Shown: positions 1 to 10,149, counted from the stretch's first letter. The stretch: DNA of 64,000 bases from Leucoraja erinacea (GCF_028641065.1 NC_073395.1:34100001-34164000), one strand, 5' to 3'. Program-made: numbers and translations. The notes: a model not told the origin generated them from the sequence alone.

Positions 1-9
1 TAGCTGGCA

Positions 10-249
10 CTACAACGTGTTGGTATTTTCTTGGATCTCTGTACTACCAAGCCTTCCTTTCTGTTGCCTATAAGTATGAGCTTCATTCTGCTCATTCCAT
101 TCTTCTGGTTGTGACGTCTGATCTTCAGAGAGCACCTCCTGGAAGGCTAATGGGTTTCTGCTGATGACCAATTCGAGTTTATTGCCAGAATCTGCAATTA
201 GTGGCACTACCAGGCAGCAGTCAAAATCTCTGGTACGAATATGATTTAC
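10..249 (-). CDS. GRIP1: GRIP1 last coding exon (end of PDZ7 and C-terminus)
   Basis: cag|GTAAAT acceptor; translates [35 protein letters not shown]...ENTNTL*, matching the vertebrate GRIP1 C-terminus (...PTNTL); 240 nt, phase 0. Confidence 0.95.
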   Translation of the reverse strand, partial: VNHIRTRDFDCCLVVPLIADSGNKLELVISRNPLAFQEVLSEDQTSQPEEWNEQNEAHTYRQQKGRLGSTEIQENTNTL

Positions 250-370
250 CTGTCACAAGGAAACAAAATAGCCATCAATCCGATTGGAGTCTACTTCCAG
301 GAAGTATGCTACTGGGTTTGTAGTGATCTTTGATGCAAGAATAAATATACAAGTGTTGATCTCTCTGTAC

Positions 371-517
371 CTGTAATAACCTGTCATAGGGCTGAACACC
401 ACCAAGGGCAGCTGGTCCATTTGACCGAATGTTGTTGACATACACACCTTTCTCCAGCAGGCCATCTGAAACACTGAATCCAAAATCCTGAATGTCTGAA
501 TCTTTATATAGTGTTAC
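371..517 (-). CDS. GRIP1: GRIP1 exon (PDZ7 core)
   Basis: cag|GTAACA...TTACAG|gtacag; [49 protein letters not shown]; 147 nt, phase 0-0. Confidence 0.95.
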
Positions 518-899
518 CTGTGAAATTATGGAGATATTTATTAAAAACATTCGAAGTTGGTCCACCATCACTGTCCTCAAGCAGACAACTGCAGTACCTA
601 GTGCATTGTTACCATATGCCACATGTGTAATGGAAAAATCCAACAACATGTAATTTTACTCTTTTTGGGCCATATCTGATAATCACACATTCGCGATTAA
701 AAATAAATTACAACACCATTGTAAAGCTTGTGGACTGTAAGCTGGAGGACAAAAAACCACAGAATTTTGCTAATCTAATCACTTCCTGAAATTCATCAAA
801 GGGAAAATTACATTTGCAACAAATCCAGTTTCTATCCTAAAACAAATCAGAATTGGGAAGGAAACATGACCAGAATAAATATTTTATGGAATCTGAAAC

Positions 900-1136
900 C
901 TTGTGCAACTCCACTGGTGTTGGTGACATAATCTCTTTCATTTCCTGCTTGATCTTCCTAATAGCAAATGACTTTGATCTCACGCCATCTGACGGTAAAG
1001 TATTACTACGGGCAGCTTGGGTGTAATGTGCCCTGACAGCATTCTTCTCTTGGAAGCTTGATTGCCTTCCCAGTGGCCTATGTGCCGGGCTGCTTTCATC
1101 ATTCAGACACAAGGTGCTTCCCGACATGATTGTTGC
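900..1136 (-). CDS. GRIP1: GRIP1 exon (linker before PDZ7)
   Basis: cag|GCAACA...CACAAG|gtttca; ATIMSGST...RSNTLPSD...[19 protein letters not shown]; 237 nt. Confidence 0.95.
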
Positions 1137-1617
1137 CTGTTGGATGAGATAACAAAAGCTGTAAAATGTTGTGCTCCAGAAAATAGTGGAAAGGCAATTC
1201 TGTTAGTGAAGATGGATAAGACTCGCAAACACTAAAATGTTAGTAGTTGACAACTAATGTTTGCCATTAAAATTAGTTAAATAATACACATGTAGATTTG
1301 TTAGTATGGTTTAACTCAGATTGTATTTCCTGTTAAATATCAAACAGCTAATTGTCTGGTTTTAACAGGAAGTCTTTAATGTATCAGACTGTTAGATCTT
1401 GAATTATTGCTTCACACCAACTCTAAAATTAAAAAAATACCAATATAGCCAAGTTTTGCAAATTCAGATCCGTTTGGTTGGCGGCCTTCATTAACGAGGA
1501 GCTAGGTTCCTGTAATTATTAAGACCAAATGATGCAGGTGAAAGATCAACAGCTGTGTGTGAAATTGTTCTTTTACAACTTTGAAAACCTCTGCTGCAAA
1601 GAGTGAAAACTTCCTAC

Positions 1618-1729
1618 CTCCAATTCCCTCAGGATTCCTGATTGACCACAGGTTTCCAAATCTTCCAAGGCTTGAGACCAAAAATTTTCTTCATGATCTG
1701 TTTCTAGTGCATCGTGTCCACCTGCATAA
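1618..1729 (-). CDS. GRIP1: GRIP1 exon (PDZ6-7 linker)
   Basis: Not in the ORF track; tcag|TTATGC...TTGGAG|gtagga; [37 protein letters not shown], a motif I recognise from GRIP1; 112 nt, phase 2-0. Confidence 0.93.
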
Positions 1730-3142
1730 CTGATTTTTTTTTTCAAAAAGGGTATAATTTTAAAGTGTGAATACCTACTATCCCCAAAGCTTTATCAATA
1801 GAAATGGCATTCACCTTTGCCTTAACTATTATAAGTACTGGTTTTGATCTCTGGACTGTTTCAAAACAGTTGGCAAGAATGATCTATAAATAAATTGATC
1901 AACCCAGGTAGTTTAGAGCAACACCATAAAAATACATACCCAACTTTCAGAAATGATTACTAAAATGAGGTACACATTAGTTATGCATAACTATTCAAAG
2001 TGTTCTTTGTGGGTTTCAGATTGACCTGGTAAACAATTAATTGCAATAACAAGTTAAATTAAATATCAAGTTTTCTTAAAAGGTATAATAGTTTGAAAAA
2101 GTTAAATAGATTTACTGAAATGAAATCTAATACAGTGAAAATTGCAGACAGGTTACTACACAAACGGACACAAAGTGCTGGAGTAACTCAATGTAGGTAT
2201 GTTGTAAAACCTACCTGAATCGTCGTTGAAAATCTGCCCCAGCCCATGTGCGCGTTTTGGCGCTGTTTAGAGGGGGCGGGTTTAAAACGCGATTTTTACT
2301 AGGCTGTTCCAATCAAAGATGTTCAGCCTAGTAAATAATTAACGGCAAATCGCTGAAAGACCCCGTCGCAAAAGGTATTATTAGTTTTCTAGGCCTCGAA
2401 TAATAGTTATAATAGTTTTAAAATCACTCTCTCAACCCGCGACCTCTCGTAGCCCCAAGGTTTTATAAAGCAACCAATTAAAGGTATGTACCTTATTTTT
2501 ACATTAAAAGGGGCTTCTTAAGACCCCTTTATACAACGTTTACTATAGCGAGTAGTTCATTTTGGGCTCTTTATATCCCGCAGTATTTTTCTGGGCATTT
2601 GAGGGCACAAATCCAGCGCAATGTGAACGTTCTAAACCAGCGCGTTCACAGAAACCAATAGAAAGCTGATTTAAAATGGATTTTAATTTACAGCAATTGA
2701 ACACTAAATTCCTTCCATTTGGCCTATAAATTGATGTAAATAAGATTTAAAAATCATGTTTTATTGTGAATTATTTGTGAATATTATTTGGACACTTAGG
2801 CTATTTAAAAATGTTAATCATTTATTAAGAAATGGATAGATGTTTAGATCTAGTAATTGAAGTTTGAAATTAGCTACAATTGGGTAACTAACTAATTATA
2901 TGCTGGTTCAATCTATGATAATAGTAAGATTAAATGAGTACTTACCAGTACGAAGTTTGATCTGTATTTTATGAGGAGTTACGATGAGGGATTACGTGAA
3001 GAACCCACCCAGCGCGCAGGCGCGGCATACTTCCAAGCAGCGGTGTGGAATCACAGATAGACACAAGTTGAAGTAAAGATAGTAAAGACCAATGAGACAT
3101 CAGTCCGAGTTTGATCTATACAATGAGGGTGGGAGCGGAGGG

Positions 3143-3255
3143 CACGTAATCCCTCATCGTAACTCCTCATAAAATACAGATCAAACTTCGCACTGGTAAG
3201 TACTCGTTTAATCTTACTATTTTACTTCGGAGTCACGTGAGTGACTACGTGAAGA
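3143..3255. repeat. DIRS internal complementary region (ICR)
   Basis: 3143-3220 is the reverse complement of 2921-2998 (2 mismatches) and 3221-3255 is the reverse complement of 7683-7717, so the ICR is a copy of the circle junction. Confidence 0.95.
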
Positions 3256-3415
3256 CTTCAAAGGTCTGTGATTTCAAACCGTGTAACAGTTATATCACTC
3301 ACTGCCGAAAGATCATCGAGGAGGAAGTGGTATCTAAAGACCAACAAGTTTGTTTAGTTTTAAAAAACAAATGTTTATTAACTACAACAAAAAATAGCTC
3401 CCCTGGGCTTTTAAA

Positions 3416-4426
3416 TTATAACTTTGTGGTTTCTAAAATTCTTTCCGCAAAGACGTCCTTTCCCATCAGCGGTTTCCTGTAGAATTTTTGGAATGTCGAT
3501 TCCCTTGACCATCCCGCTGCTCTGAGGATGTGGTCTAGGGGAACCTGCATCCTATCTGCCGCTGAGGTGGACGCTGCCCTGGTTGAATGGGATTTAAAAA
3601 CATCTGTGTTAATCCCTGCCATGTTAAGGACCTGTTTCAACCATCTGGATATTGTCTGGCTGGTAACCCGTCCAAAAGGCTTTTTGTGGCTGACCCATAA
3701 GGCTTTTTCTCTCCCTCTAAGAGTTTGGGTAGTGTCTAAATAATGATGAAGGTGGGTCACCACACACAGCCTAGGTTCTGGAGGGTATGCCCGGAAGATC
3801 AACGGGGAGTTGGATGTACCTGGTCTGCTCTGTTTTACCAACCCCGGCATGGTGAAAGTAATGGTATCTGGGGTGGTCACCATGTGGTTCAGATTTAACT
3901 GATGCAGCGACTGAACCCTCTGAGCTGAGACAAGCGCCATGAGCATGAGGGTCTTATAAGTGGACTGTTCCAGGCTCAGGGATCCCACCGGAGGCCAACC
4001 TCGAAGGTGTGTCAATACTACACTCACATCCCACATATGGGTGTATCTAGGTGTAGGGGGTTTGGTGTTATAGATCCCTTTAAGGAGTTTGATAACCAGA
4101 GGGTGGGATCCCACACTATGCTGTCCTATGGGCATAAGGTATGCGGACAGGGCGCTCCGAGCTGTATTGATGGCACTGTAGCTCATCTTAAGGTCATGGT
4201 GCAGGTGGGCCAGGAACTCCAGCACATCCGAGATCGAAGCCGTCTTGTAGGATGTCCCTGCTTCCAGACAGTACTGTTCCCATTTCCTGATGTAGGTCAG
4301 GTACTGTTTTTTGGTGGAAACTCGCAGGGATGCCGACATGGTGGCGATTGTTCTCTCTGATAACCCCAATCCCCGGTAAGGTCTGTTCAGAATCTGGAAA
4401 CCAGGAGGTTCAATTTTTGGTGGCAT
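3416..4426 (-). CDS. DIRS tyrosine recombinase (SAM-like N-terminus plus catalytic domain)
   Basis: 336-aa ORF with catalytic pattern R (AQRVQ), K (VKQSR), HSTR, AGWS and FY; alternative start at GCCACCATG, 4339. Confidence 0.93.
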   Translation of the reverse strand: MPPKIEPPGFQILNRPYRGLGLSERTIATMSASLRVSTKKQYLTYIRKWEQYCLEAGTSYKTASISDVLEFLAHLHHDLKMSYSAINTARSALSAYLMPIGQHSVGSHPLVIKLLKGIYNTKPPTPRYTHMWDVSVVLTHLRGWPPVGSLSLEQSTYKTLMLMALVSAQRVQSLHQLNLNHMVTTPDTITFTMPGLVKQSRPGTSNSPLIFRAYPPEPRLCVVTHLHHYLDTTQTLRGREKALWVSHKKPFGRVTSQTISRWLKQVLNMAGINTDVFKSHSTRAASTSAADRMQVPLDHILRAAGWSRESTFQKFYRKPLMGKDVFAERILETTKL

Positions 4427-6321
4427 GGATGACTAATGCCAGTTACCGGGTGAGTCAATAATTGGGGGTGGTTATGAAGGACCATAGGTGTCTCTACCAC
4501 CATGTCGTGGAACATTGGGAACCATGGTTGGGTAGGCCAGTCGGGCACGACCAGAATGCCAGAGGCTGAGTCTGCCTGAATTTTCTGGAGTACCCGACTG
4601 ATGAGGCAGAAGGGAGGGAAAGCATAGAAAAAGAAATTTCCCCAATCCAGCGTGAAGGCATCTACCGCTGCTGCCTCTGGGTCTGGTTCCCAAGCCACAT
4701 ACATGGGTAGTTGGTGATTTAATCTAGACGCAAACAAATCTATATCTGGCGTACCATATTGCTTGACAATTCTAGCAAATAGTTTTGGGTCCAACATCCA
4801 TTCGATGTTGTCATTGAATTTTCGTGACCTGGTGTCCGCCACTAAATTTAGCTTGCCTGGTAAATAGGCAGCTGATAGCCAAATATGTCTCTCGACACAC
4901 CATTGCCAGATTATAGTAGTTAATTTGTCGCATGATACTGATTTTATGCCACCCATGTGCTGGATATAAGATACCGCCGTAGTGTTGTCAATCATAATCC
5001 TAACATGCACATGCCGCATATCAGATGTATATGCTTTTAGCCCATAAAAGGCGGCGAGCATTTCCAAGAAGTTAATGCCCAGTGATTGTAGTAGCGATGC
5101 CTCTGAGTTAGTCCATCTGCCACCTGTGCTGTCTATGGAGTTAGTAGCTCCCCAGCCTAAAGCACTGGCATCCGTTGTAATGGTTATGTTAGGATTGGTG
5201 ATGGCGATAGGACTGTAACTGTGCCAAATATTATCGACCCACCACTGAAGTTCTGATTTGGCTTCAGTGGGTAACTCCATTTTGCGGTCATAATGCCCTC
5301 TATTAAGACGTAGTGCATGAGTCCTTGCCCTTTGCAAATTTTGATAATGCAAGGGCCCATGTTGGGCAGCCGGGAATGCTGCTACTATAGAGCCAATAAC
5401 TCTGGCTACGTGCCGTATCCTTGGTTGCGGTGTAGCAATTAAATTGTTACAAGCTTCGATGAGTGAAACTTTTTTGTTTCTAGGCAGAGTGACAGTCATA
5501 TGGATAGTGTCAATAGTGAAGCCTAGGTAATCCATGTTAGTAGTAGGCTCCAATATTGATTTATCTGGGTGTAGGATGAATCCCAAAGTTTCAAGGAGTT
5601 GTTTAGTGGCTAAAACTCCTGCGACAGCTAGTTCCCTTGTTCTCCCTAATATGAGAACATCGTCCAGATAGGCCACGACTAAATGTTTTTGTTCTCTCAA
5701 TTTTTTCATGGCCACTTTGAGAATTTTTGTAAATAATCTGGGAGCTGTCGTTAAACCATTGGGCAAGGCTCTGTACTGCCACAGTTGGCCCATCCAGATA
5801 AATTTCAGATATTTGTAATAATCCTTATGAATGGGTACTAAATAGTAAGCATCCTTGATATCTATGCTTGCCATGTAGTATCCCTTGGAGATCAGTTGTC
5901 TGGCAGTGACAAATGTCTCCATTTTGAAATGTTGATACTCAACAGACTGATTGAGTGACGTCAAATCAATAATAATGCGACACCCACCATCTTTCTTGGA
6001 TTTAAGAAAAATATTTGATACAAATTCGTGCGGCTCGTGTGTGGTCATTTCTATGATGCCTTTAGCCACGAGCCTATCTAGTTCAGCTTGTCCTTCTACC
6101 TTCTCAAAAGCTGAGGGAAGGAATACCCTTTGGGGCATGTGCTGAACTGGAGGTTCTAAGCCTGGTTTGAATTCAATTTTGTATCCACTGATACTGTTGA
6201 GTATAAACTTATTGTTAGTTAAGGAGCACCAAACATGCTTGAAGAACCTCAAACGTCCTCCTGTTAATACAGCACCCGTTGTCTGTGTATGTTGGCAGGA
6301 ACCAGACCCACCTACCTCCAT
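4387..6321 (-). CDS. DIRS Pol: reverse transcriptase, RNase H and phage-type adenine methyltransferase-like domain
   Basis: 644-aa ORF: IDIKDAYY, LPNGL, YLDD; RNase H TDAS/LE/DN/AD; C-terminal DLFAS...YAFPPF. Confidence 0.95.
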   Translation of the reverse strand: MEVGGSGSCQHTQTTGAVLTGGRLRFFKHVWCSLTNNKFILNSISGYKIEFKPGLEPPVQHMPQRVFLPSAFEKVEGQAELDRLVAKGIIEMTTHEPHEFVSNIFLKSKKDGGCRIIIDLTSLNQSVEYQHFKMETFVTARQLISKGYYMASIDIKDAYYLVPIHKDYYKYLKFIWMGQLWQYRALPNGLTTAPRLFTKILKVAMKKLREQKHLVVAYLDDVLILGRTRELAVAGVLATKQLLETLGFILHPDKSILEPTTNMDYLGFTIDTIHMTVTLPRNKKVSLIEACNNLIATPQPRIRHVARVIGSIVAAFPAAQHGPLHYQNLQRARTHALRLNRGHYDRKMELPTEAKSELQWWVDNIWHSYSPIAITNPNITITTDASALGWGATNSIDSTGGRWTNSEASLLQSLGINFLEMLAAFYGLKAYTSDMRHVHVRIMIDNTTAVSYIQHMGGIKSVSCDKLTTIIWQWCVERHIWLSAAYLPGKLNLVADTRSRKFNDNIEWMLDPKLFARIVKQYGTPDIDLFASRLNHQLPMYVAWEPDPEAAAVDAFTLDWGNFFFYAFPPFCLISRVLQKIQADSASGILVVPDWPTQPWFPMFHDMVVETPMVLHNHPQLLTHPVTGISHPCHQKLNLLVSRF

Positions 6322-6323
6322 GT

Positions 6324-7541
6324 TTATTTGTGGGGCCGTTTTCGGTAGGTTTGGCCCAAGGTTGTCCGTGTTGGTGCTGCGGTGGGGCGGCGCAGCTTCC
6401 CACGGCTCCGCCCTGGGCCCCGCTCTAAAAAAGAGCTCTGGGGGTAGTGGGAGGCGGTCACCAGGCTTTCACCAGCTCGGTACCTGCTGGTGGATGCCGA
6501 GGCGTGCTGCCAACTGGGTGTCTTCACCCTGCTCGGTCCCGGCCCTGCCCTCATGAGGCCTACTGGTTTGGCCGCCTCTTCCAACTCCTTCAGTTTTTTG
6601 GCTAAATCTGCACCAAATAGCAGCGCCTCTCGTTCGGGCGCTGGAGCTTTGCAGAGGCCTGCATATGTCGGGTTGAGGGTAGGCCTAATGTTGTCCCGCC
6701 GTAGGCTATTGAGCTCATAAGTGGTGCTGCACATCAGTGCGAGTGCATCCTGCTGGGGTATGGTTAGGTCTTCGTTCCCCACGGACCGAGCAAAGGCGGT
6801 GATGGCTGCTGAGTGGAGTTTCAGGACCCGCTGCATCTTTACTTCCTGAGCCCTGATCTGCTGCCCCAGCTGGTTCCATATCTGCCCGTTGACCGTTTTG
6901 ACCCGCAGCGCCTCGCAATTCTCTGGCGCTGTGTACGTGTCAAGGGCCTGCTGGACGACCTTGTCCTGCAGCGGCTTGTTGGACAGCCTGTTAATGCTGG
7001 CCGCCATTCTGGGTGGCAATACCATCCCAGTCGTTGGGGGCGCTGCGTACCGGCCCACTACACCCAGTAGCTCTTCTTCTAGCACGCCCGGCATACTGAT
7101 GTTATCCTCCGCCTGCCCTTGGGATAGGCCAGCCCAGTCCTGGCCTCCCTTACTGCCCTCGAACATAGAGGGTACAGAAGGGTGTGGTGAGGAGGAGGCC
7201 AAAGCCCGTCCTCCTGGGAGATGCCTAGCCTGCATCTCCTCATCGATCATTTGCTCTAGGAGCTGCCTCATGCAGCTGATGCGAGCGTCTCCCCGTTTCG
7301 GTGGTGGAGAGCGTTCCCGTTCCTCCGATGAATCGGAGGACACCGGCCGGTCGGTTTTGTGAGTAGCCTTCCTCCCTGTGCGGGGCGTCGATATCTGCAG
7401 CACAGGGGGCGGCTCGGTGTCGGGTGAGCGGGAGCGTTGAAATGGCTCCTCCGCTACGAGTGGCTGCCGCCCAGCTATGGACCCCTCCTCGGGTGGAGTT
7501 GGGCAGGCAGTCCTTCTGGCTGGTCGCTTTCGAGAGGCCAT
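6324..7541 (-). CDS. DIRS Gag-like ORF1
   Basis: First ATG (MASRKRP) at 7541; PENC...VN..IW and RRDNIRP...LFG motifs typical of animal DIRS ORF1; lies upstream of Pol. Confidence 0.85.
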   Translation of the reverse strand: MASRKRPARRTACPTPPEEGSIAGRQPLVAEEPFQRSRSPDTEPPPVLQISTPRTGRKATHKTDRPVSSDSSEERERSPPPKRGDARISCMRQLLEQMIDEEMQARHLPGGRALASSSPHPSVPSMFEGSKGGQDWAGLSQGQAEDNISMPGVLEEELLGVVGRYAAPPTTGMVLPPRMAASINRLSNKPLQDKVVQQALDTYTAPENCEALRVKTVNGQIWNQLGQQIRAQEVKMQRVLKLHSAAITAFARSVGNEDLTIPQQDALALMCSTTYELNSLRRDNIRPTLNPTYAGLCKAPAPEREALLFGADLAKKLKELEEAAKPVGLMRAGPGPSRVKTPSWQHASASTSRYRAGESLVTASHYPQSSFLERGPGRSRGKLRRPTAAPTRTTLGQTYRKRPHK

Positions 7542-8420
7542 AATTCTCCCTTGAGCGACTCTGTAACACAAAACAGGCACTTACCTGAGGTCTTGTCTTT
7601 ATGCTGCAGCTGGAGAGCCTGGCTCCAGCTGCTGCCGCTGTTGCACTGCTGACGTAATGCCGCGCCTGCGCGCTGGGTGGGTTCTTCACGTAGTCACTCA
7701 CGTGACTCCGAAGTAAAACTGAAAATTTCATTCAGTTCTCTTAATTTTTAAGAAGGCCTTTTGACTGTCCACGATCACAGCTTTTTTGTTATGTCCATAG
7801 AAAATCAATAGGGAACAAGATGCTAATTTCCGAGTATGAAAATGGCCATAACCTTTTTATTACTTGAGATATGAAAGTGAATTAGGTGTCAAATTAAACT
7901 TCTTTTTATGCTTTATATGATGGGATAAATTGCAGACTTGATTTTTTAAATCTCAAAATTTTGTAACATTGCTACTCAATGGGTCAGGCAGCATCTCTGG
8001 AGAAAATGAGTTGGACCCTTCACACCGAGTCAGTTTGCCGAGTTACTCCAGCACCCCGTGTTGTTTCACCTTAAATCTTGATGCTGCTGGTCTGCACCAG
8101 TGAGCGTTTCTTCACTGGTTCATGCGGCTTATGTTTCAGCCCCTGGAGACAATTTGTGGCAATTCTGTTGCAATAATTAGCAGTCCCACTTTCAAATAAT
8201 GTATACTGTAGCTTAGTGTTAGGAGAAGCAATACTGCTGCATGCAAGAATTGGTTGGACATCAGTTCTCCCTGCTATCCATTAAACTGCTTTGGAGCATG
8301 CCTGGTGCTACAAACATTAAAATAATTCCTCTCACCCTTAAAAGAAATGGAAGCTAATGACTACGTCAGAACATTTATATCAACTAATATATTCTCACAA
8401 TAATTGTAATCATCAATTAT

Positions 8421-8936
8421 GGATGGGGTGCCACATGATGGCAGCCTCGCCAACAGTGTCTGTTCTTTGTTATTTTTAATGTGTTTTAAAAGTGTGTTAA
8501 TGGCTTCTAGTTTGTTTTATGTGGGGGAGTGGGCGGGGAAAACTTTTTTTCAATCTCTTACCTTGCCGGAGATGCGATTGTTTTCTAGATCGTATATCCG
8601 GCGCTCTGCGGCCTAACGTCATGGAGCTAGAGGCCTTGCTCGTGACTGACTTTGAGCCCCACCGCGGTGCCGTGGACTTACCATCAGGCCGATCCCTTGC
8701 CTGGGATCGACGCTCCAACCACGGCCTGCGGATTTCACCATCAAGGAGCTCGCAGTCTCGGGTAGAGACCAATGTAGGGAAGCTCCAAACAACGCAGAAG
8801 GTTCGACCAGCCGCGACCCAGGGTCAGATCGCCCAGCGCGTGTGTTTTGGTGCTTTTTACTGGTATGACTGTATGGCAAATCAAATTCCTCGTATATGTT
8901 GCAAAACATATACGGCTAATAAAGTATGATTATGAT
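8421..8936 (+). mobile_element. GC-rich non-autonomous retroposon with Rex1/Babar-like tail (copy A)
   Basis: Approximate TSD catcaattat / caacaattat; AATAAA plus (TGATTA)n tail; high similarity to 40568-41282. Confidence 0.7.
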
Positions 8937-10149
8937 CAACAATTATTATCCAATTGGCAATAAAACTCGCTGGCTAAGGGCATTGTTGATGTAAGGGGAC
9001 AGAAAGTATAATTAGACTCATTAATCACCTCAGAACATGTGGAATCCTATCAGAACCAAGTCATTCTTCACCCCAAGGGGCAGCTTAAGAAGTTGATGAA
9101 CACATTACTCTCAAATTCATGTAGCATCAAATGCAGATCAGTAACCATGAAGCAATAGTTGAGTTATAAGTTCTGTTTGCTGCTTTGGTTTTCCTTTATT
9201 TATTTATTCCCTTTATATATCTCTAATCCCTCTTCGTAAAGACAGACTAGATGCTTTAAGGCATACAAATTATACTCAAAATTTTAACCATCCTGACATG
9301 ATTCCTATTTAATTACTTCACATCTCATTTGCCATAATTTAATACCAGTATATCGTTATATCTGAAACATTGCCAATGAGCCAGTCTTGGAAAATTGAAT
9401 GAAACTGCATTCTTTAAGTTGAGCCTTTTTGAAGCTCATCAACATGTGGCATAAAGCCCAGGCTTTGATTGTACATTATTATTTATGCATCAATGAAGAT
9501 TTCTGCTAGTTGCTAGTGCCCTCGCAATAATTCCACCCAAGTTGATGTGAGAATTTGGCAGCAAAATCGGGTTAAACTCAGAGATACTAACAATGCAAGT
9601 TGCATAAACACTCTTACATATTGTTGCCACTAGATTTTCTCCATGAATGTACGGAGTCACAAGATGAGCAATTTTGGATTATTTTATGTTAAAATTCCAC
9701 ATCTTCCAAATTTTGTTGTGACCTTTACGCAATTTTTTAATCTGCTCTTTTTCTGCAGTTGTAACACTGCATTCTGCACCCTATTTTCTCTCCTGCAGTA
9801 CCTTAAGTATGGTATGATTTGCCTGCACTGCACATAAAGCAAAATTCTTCCCCATGTCAGTACATGTGACAATAATATACCAACACTAAAACTTCACAGA
9901 TGTGTTCAAAGCTTTCTTGAAAAAATGCAACCACCACCTGTTTCTATGAATCACTGGTTTATGACCACTTAAAGTTGAGAAAGAGCATTCAAGACTGTAT
10001 TGGGAATCTTGAGGCTGTGCATTGGGGATCCCATTTAAATGGTGGAAGGACTGTCCTTGTGTGCCTTCATTTTAGAATGGCTACTGAGAAAAAGTTATCC
10101 CCCTCTCTCTGACGGGAGGTCAGTGAGACTCTCACTCACTGTTTCCCCC

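Larger units (their letters stand above)
2920..7718 (-). mobile_element. Full-length DIRS1-type tyrosine recombinase retrotransposon
   Basis: Three intact ORFs (gag, RT-RH-MT, YR); 36-bp inverted repeat 2993-3028 / 7657-7692; internal complementary region 3143-3255; no TSD. Confidence 0.96.
2194..7974. mobile_element. Non-autonomous TIR DNA transposon (~1 kb without the nested DIRS), 7-bp TSD, hAT-like
   Basis: Imperfect TIR TAGGTATGTTGTAAAA / TTTTGTAACATTGCTA; direct repeat CTCAATG at 2187-2193 and 7975-7981. Confidence 0.75.
2167..8060. repeat. Penelope pseudo-LTR-derived remnant split by a DNA transposon insertion
   Basis: gacacaaagtgctggagtaactcaatg (2167-2193) continues as ctcaatgggtcaggcagcatctctggaga (7975 on); the same motif occurs at 63715-63765, 29765-29870 and 44030-44120. 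Confidence 0.7.

Noticed and set aside
275-649. 124-aa ORF as a standalone PDZ gene
   Set aside because: It is one GRIP1 exon (371-517) plus read-through into flanking intron
3416-6321. Phage-like integrase and Dam-like methylase as prophage, bacterial contamination or horizontal transfer
   Set aside because: Both are standard DIRS1 domains within an RT element that has ITRs and an ICR and sits in a vertebrate intron
7561-7584. GT...AG segment gtaagtgcctgttttgtgttacag as an intron in the DIRS leader
   Set aside because: 24 nt is far below the vertebrate minimum intron size; only the donor is kept as a hypothesis
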